This document shows positions 59,806-64,000 of a stretch of DNA of 64,000 bases, one piece after another (position 1 is the first letter of the stretch; every line of letters begins with the position of its first letter). A program made the translations under genes and the position numbers. The notes under the pieces are model-generated. The model searched no databases, had not been told where the DNA came from, and worked only from the letters and a program-made list of their open reading frames with translations. The stretch lies in contig CM060732.1 in assembly GCA_030704615.1 (NCBI GenBank), forward strand, positions 29,264,001-29,328,000. Reading direction: 5' to 3'. The DNA comes from Takakia lepidozioides (Eukaryota; Plantae; Bryophyta).

Positions 59806-62800
59806 TCACCTGACACGAACTGAGCTGTAAAGAGAGACATACTGCCCAGCTGACTTGTTCCAGCTGTTGTCCACCTCCATCACCCTCGATGCCAAACCAA
59901 GCCAAAAGTCTGGCCCTGCAGGTTTACCACCGCACACTCAATATTGGTGCAGCATTTGCACCACACGACTTCAGTTTGCCATGTGCCCAATTCAGCAAGG
60001 CCTTAACGTTGTAGTAAGGTACAACTTTGATCTATTTATATTTGAACCCATCACTGCCTCAGTATAATCTCAAGGCTACCCACAGAAAACTTACTGCTTA
60101 GGAGTAAGCTATCCAGAGAACCCGACGTTTCAATAGACTGAAGACTTGACAAAAGTATTGCATATGGAACCCTGAAGCACATTGTACTAACACAGCCACC
60201 TCCACCTGCATTACTCAAGAAACAATCACTACAGTAAAGGACAATGCGCTCTATATCCTTGCCTATGCTGTCTTCCCTCTTGCAGTATCTCACCACACAT
60301 GCAGACCTGTATGATGTGTATGCTTCCTCGCCCTCTTCACCACCAGTATCCATACACATTCTATCAGGTAAGATTTCTTACTTTGCTGGTAGTACCGCAA
60401 GGCACGATCCAAGGCACTATTAAGAGACCCTTCGTCAATACCGTCGAAAACAAATCTGCAAAAGATATACACGTCTGACTGAGTAACCTGTAGAGGGAAG
60501 TTACAGCTCCATATTGCACTGGGACCCCAGGTCGATAAACCAGCCAATAAGGGGCTCCACAGGAATGGTGTGCTACAGCCTCATTGTGCATGGCGACGCT
60601 GCATAGGACCTACTTTGAGTACACCCATCACAGATGAGATTCAGACATAGTCAGCAAACATTTTCTCAACTTGGGCACCGTAGATCTTTAGTCTGCACTA
60701 TTGCAGGTTGTATACTGAAATGGTAAAGCGTGAGTTAACTGCATTTCTAGTAAGACAATCACAAAGTGCTTGAAGATCCAAAATGGGACTCAATAACTCG
60801 GGTTTTAATGCCGCTGCCTACTTGGGTGTGCTGTGTCATGACAATTTTGTGGTCTCTCTACCATTCTGCAAACCACCTTTCTGAGGGATCTCACCCTTTT
60901 GCATTATCTTGCTTTGACTGGTCATCCACATCAACCACAGTGTCTGCTAATCCTCCAGTTTTTCTGACCACAGGAATCTGCAATAGCACAGTGAACAAAT
61001 TTGCAAATCAATGAAGATCCTAACATCGGGAAAGGGAATGCAACGCAGTATCACACTGACCAGATCATGCTTCATCTCAGCCCGGATTCTTTCATATGAC
61101 TATCATGGTAGTTGATGCCTTGAGCAACAATCATGAGAGCATCTCCACCGGGGGTACACCAAACAACACTGCAACGGTAACCTCCTACGGCCTCCAACAC
61201 TCCCCTCCCCCAGCGGCAACCCCATCAAACTACCCTGCACATGTGTTTTTGGCTGATGTGCCTTGCTCCGGAGGGACCACCTGGACAGATGCCGCCTTAC
61301 CCTCACACCATAAATGCAGGCAGTCGTCTTTTTTAGTCGCTCCAGCAGGTACAGGCCGGGCCTAGAGGGCCTGTATCCTGCACGAAAGTACGGGCCCCGG
61401 GGGTGCGGATACCAGGGCCAGGGGCTCCTTTGCCGTTGCAGGGGCATTTAGGGACCCCCGGTGGAGATGCTCTGACAGCCATGTGCATGGCCGCTATCTC
61501 CATATATTTGTGAACCTTTGGAAATCACAATTCCACCAATTTGGAAGAGCATACAACAACTTGAACTCTAGCTGAATATGAGCGTAGTGCTTTAATGACC
61601 AGGAGGTTGGAAGGAGGAGAAAAGTACCGCTCCATAGCGCATGCCAATAAGTTGGGTAAGTCCGCAAGGTTCAAACATGGATGGCACAAGCACAATGTCT
61701 GCTGCAGCATACAACATATGTGCCAGCTCCTCGCTGTGACCAAAAGACAATACCCGCCGTGAGTGTCACCTGCATGAACTTTTGGTCACTCTAGAAAACC
61801 CCCCTTCTTTTAGCTCACAGTTAAGGCTGTCCAATTGATGGGGAGACTCTCAGTGCCGAGGGCACCCGTGGGCAGATTTCACAGCAGGATACATTGATGT
61901 TCCAATAATGGCCTTTTGGATCCATTAATACTGACAGTACCAATTAACTAGTCGTTGAGGTTTAGCAACACATATCTAGCACTGGTCCAGTGATGTTTGT
62001 TTGTGTGCTGCTGCATCATTCGGTTCATTTGGTGCCATTCAAGATAGACTGCCAGGAGTGAGTAGCAATGACTTTTCCTTCTTGCCAGGGCTTACAAAAT
62101 ATGATGCAGGCATGATTGGTTTCGACAATAACCTGTATGTAAGCAGGAGTGACACCTTCTTGTTTTCCTTGAACTGCTTGATTGCCACACAAGCACAAGA
62201 GCACAAATCATTACACCAACCTCCACTCCACCCTCGAAGGACCTCTTTGCAACCCATAGTGCCGAGAGCATAATGTGGAAAACCATCTCATGTACAACCA
62301 AGGAGTTTGCAGACGAACGCCTGCTTCTATGCTAGAGGAAGTGCAGGACAGCAACAGCCCACGGCACTTTCGATCATAAAGCTTTTAAGTCAGCCTCGTG
62401 GGGTTTAGAACTGACATGATTTGCTAAGTGCTCAAACTCAGCCTGAACACGCGCATCTGGTGATGTGCCCAACAATACAAACTGGCCCCCCTGCCCACAC
62501 ACAAATGCCACTTCAGACCTCAGTGATAACATGGCACAAATGCAATCCAAAGTTTCCCACCTGACACAACTGTTTAAAAGAGAGAACATGTGGGGGCAGT
62601 TCACCCTGTTACATAAGCGTATGATAAATTGGGCACATGGTTCCAAACGTGTACCCCAAGGCTCTTGACAGTTGTCAGAACGCTGTAGAGTCTTTCAAAG
62701 ATTTTGACGATGTCAACCGTTGAAGTCACCACTGTACCCTTATTATTCCTTTACTTGCTGGCCATTTTTCGCCTGTACAAATGTTGTAAGGCCAACCAGA

Positions 62801-63864
62801 ATCTTTTATCATTACCACCATGGTGGTTCAAGTTAATGTCACTGTACAACTTCTCCCAAAGTAATTTCTTCTGAGACCTTATTAGCATATTAACGTCTTT
62901 GCGCATTTGGTAATTCCTAGAATTGATACGATATAACCCACAATCCAGTGTGAGTTTTTTTCACGCGTCACGACAAAGGGTCTTCTTTTGACCTATTGTT
63001 CAAGGTCAAAAGCCTTCTAGATAATTGATAATCTTTTGCCGTTGGAATTCTGCTCATCCTCACCAAAGAGCCCAATGGCATCGTCTTGTTTTAGACCCTT
63101 ATACACCCCAGCATTAAAGTCACCAAGCAAGACCACGTGGCCTTTGATGTGGAACTCAGGACAGCCCAGCTTGACGACCTCAAAGGCTTTTATCTACGTC
63201 AACACTAAGGGTTCCCTCTGTAGGCATGTGAACGCATCCCACAAAGAGGTCCTTAGCCTTCATGCCGCCCTTCAATTAGCCAAATACTGTTGTTTAGGCT
63301 TGTGAGGGGCTCACTCTGGTAGTGTGACTTACCTTGATAAAGCCAATAGAGAGAGGATGTAATCATAAGCCTTGAGAGAGAGAGAGAATGCACTCATAAG
63401 ACTTTGTTGCCGTGGCCTTGTAGCCATAGAGTCCCCGCCCAGTTTGGAGAATAGACACTACTGTTGTGAGGGGCTCACTCCAGTAGTGTGTTCACCTTGA
63501 TATAAAAATTGGTTTGGGCTTTCCAGATACCCTCTAGCAAGCCCTTCACACAAGCATCAATCTGCTGTGTGTGAGCAGCCCAAAAGTTAGATCCCAACAG
63601 GGCCAGGGCTTTAGCCTTGAGAGAGAGAGAGAGAGAGGAGACGACACAGTAAGAGAAGAAAACTTACAAGCTCAGAAATGCGAAAGATGGCATGGCGAAT
63701 GAGGTGGATGCCTTTCTGAGCCACCAGTCTGGTGATGCACACAACCAAAGGGGACCGCTGAATTTCTGCATATCCCAGACTGTCTGTAGGCAACCTGTCG
63801 AGCTCAAGACCAAGGCCTCTTTGGATGTACTGTTTACAGATTTGCTTCCCTGTCAGGTCCTTTG
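59806..63864 (-). CDS. Starch synthase (GT5; SSIV/SSVI-like), last seven exons; gene continues beyond the window
   Basis: Exons 63864-63668, 62490-62416, 62173-62133, 61733-61628, 60977-60895, 60455-60382, 59915-59806, all GT-AG and in phase: [65 protein letters not shown]. Confidence 0.97.
61137..61472. mobile_element. Tourist/PIF-Harbinger-type MITE in a starch synthase intron
   Basis: Perfect 17-bp TIR GAGCATCTCCACCGGGG; 3-bp TSD TGA. Confidence 0.92.
62900..63600 (-). mobile_element. LINE fragments in a starch synthase intron (AP endonuclease; 3' end)
   Basis: [13 protein letters not shown]...NSNGK at ~63150-63035; 63395-63600 matches pieces of 56640-56865. Confidence 0.7.
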
Positions 63865-64000
63865 CTGCCAACCCATCTCAAAATGCCTGAGCATTTTTCC
63901 TGAAACAAGAATCTTATGCAAATTTGACATGCATGGCAGGTTTGAAGTTTACTACCTTAATGCATTTTGACTGGCCTGTCCTCTTGGAAGGATATGTAAA

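Overview
Repeat-dense nuclear DNA from a land plant, most likely a seed-free lineage (inferred from PLS-type PPR fragments, spliceosomal introns, Tcn1-like chromovirus, Crinkler-like ORF). The only clearly intact host gene is the 3' half of a starch synthase (GT5, SSIV/SSVI-like) on the minus strand at 59806-63864, with seven GT-AG exons that splice in frame. The rest is nested, rearranged transposable elements and pseudogenes. The most notable structure is a large DNA transposon with a GCM-like/MULE-DDE/SWIM transposase (14033-17540, +) divergently paired with an intron-containing gene that fuses a ParB/Srx-like domain (DGNHR) to a beta-class amino (N6A/N4C) DNA-methyltransferase-like domain. 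That gene occurs as two diverged paralogues (12972-8006 and 8005-3346) plus a near-identical partial third copy (47127-48376). Also present: a young Ty1/copia element whose 5' end has been inverted (LTRs in opposite orientation, TSD CGCAT preserved), two related non-chromo Ty3/gypsy elements with extra ORFs, a chromovirus end carrying a 512-bp ORF-bearing insert, LINE fragments, MITEs, an IS3EU-like transposase fragment, and PPR fragments beside OSB-type PDF motifs. All family assignments come from motif recognition by eye; no database search was run.
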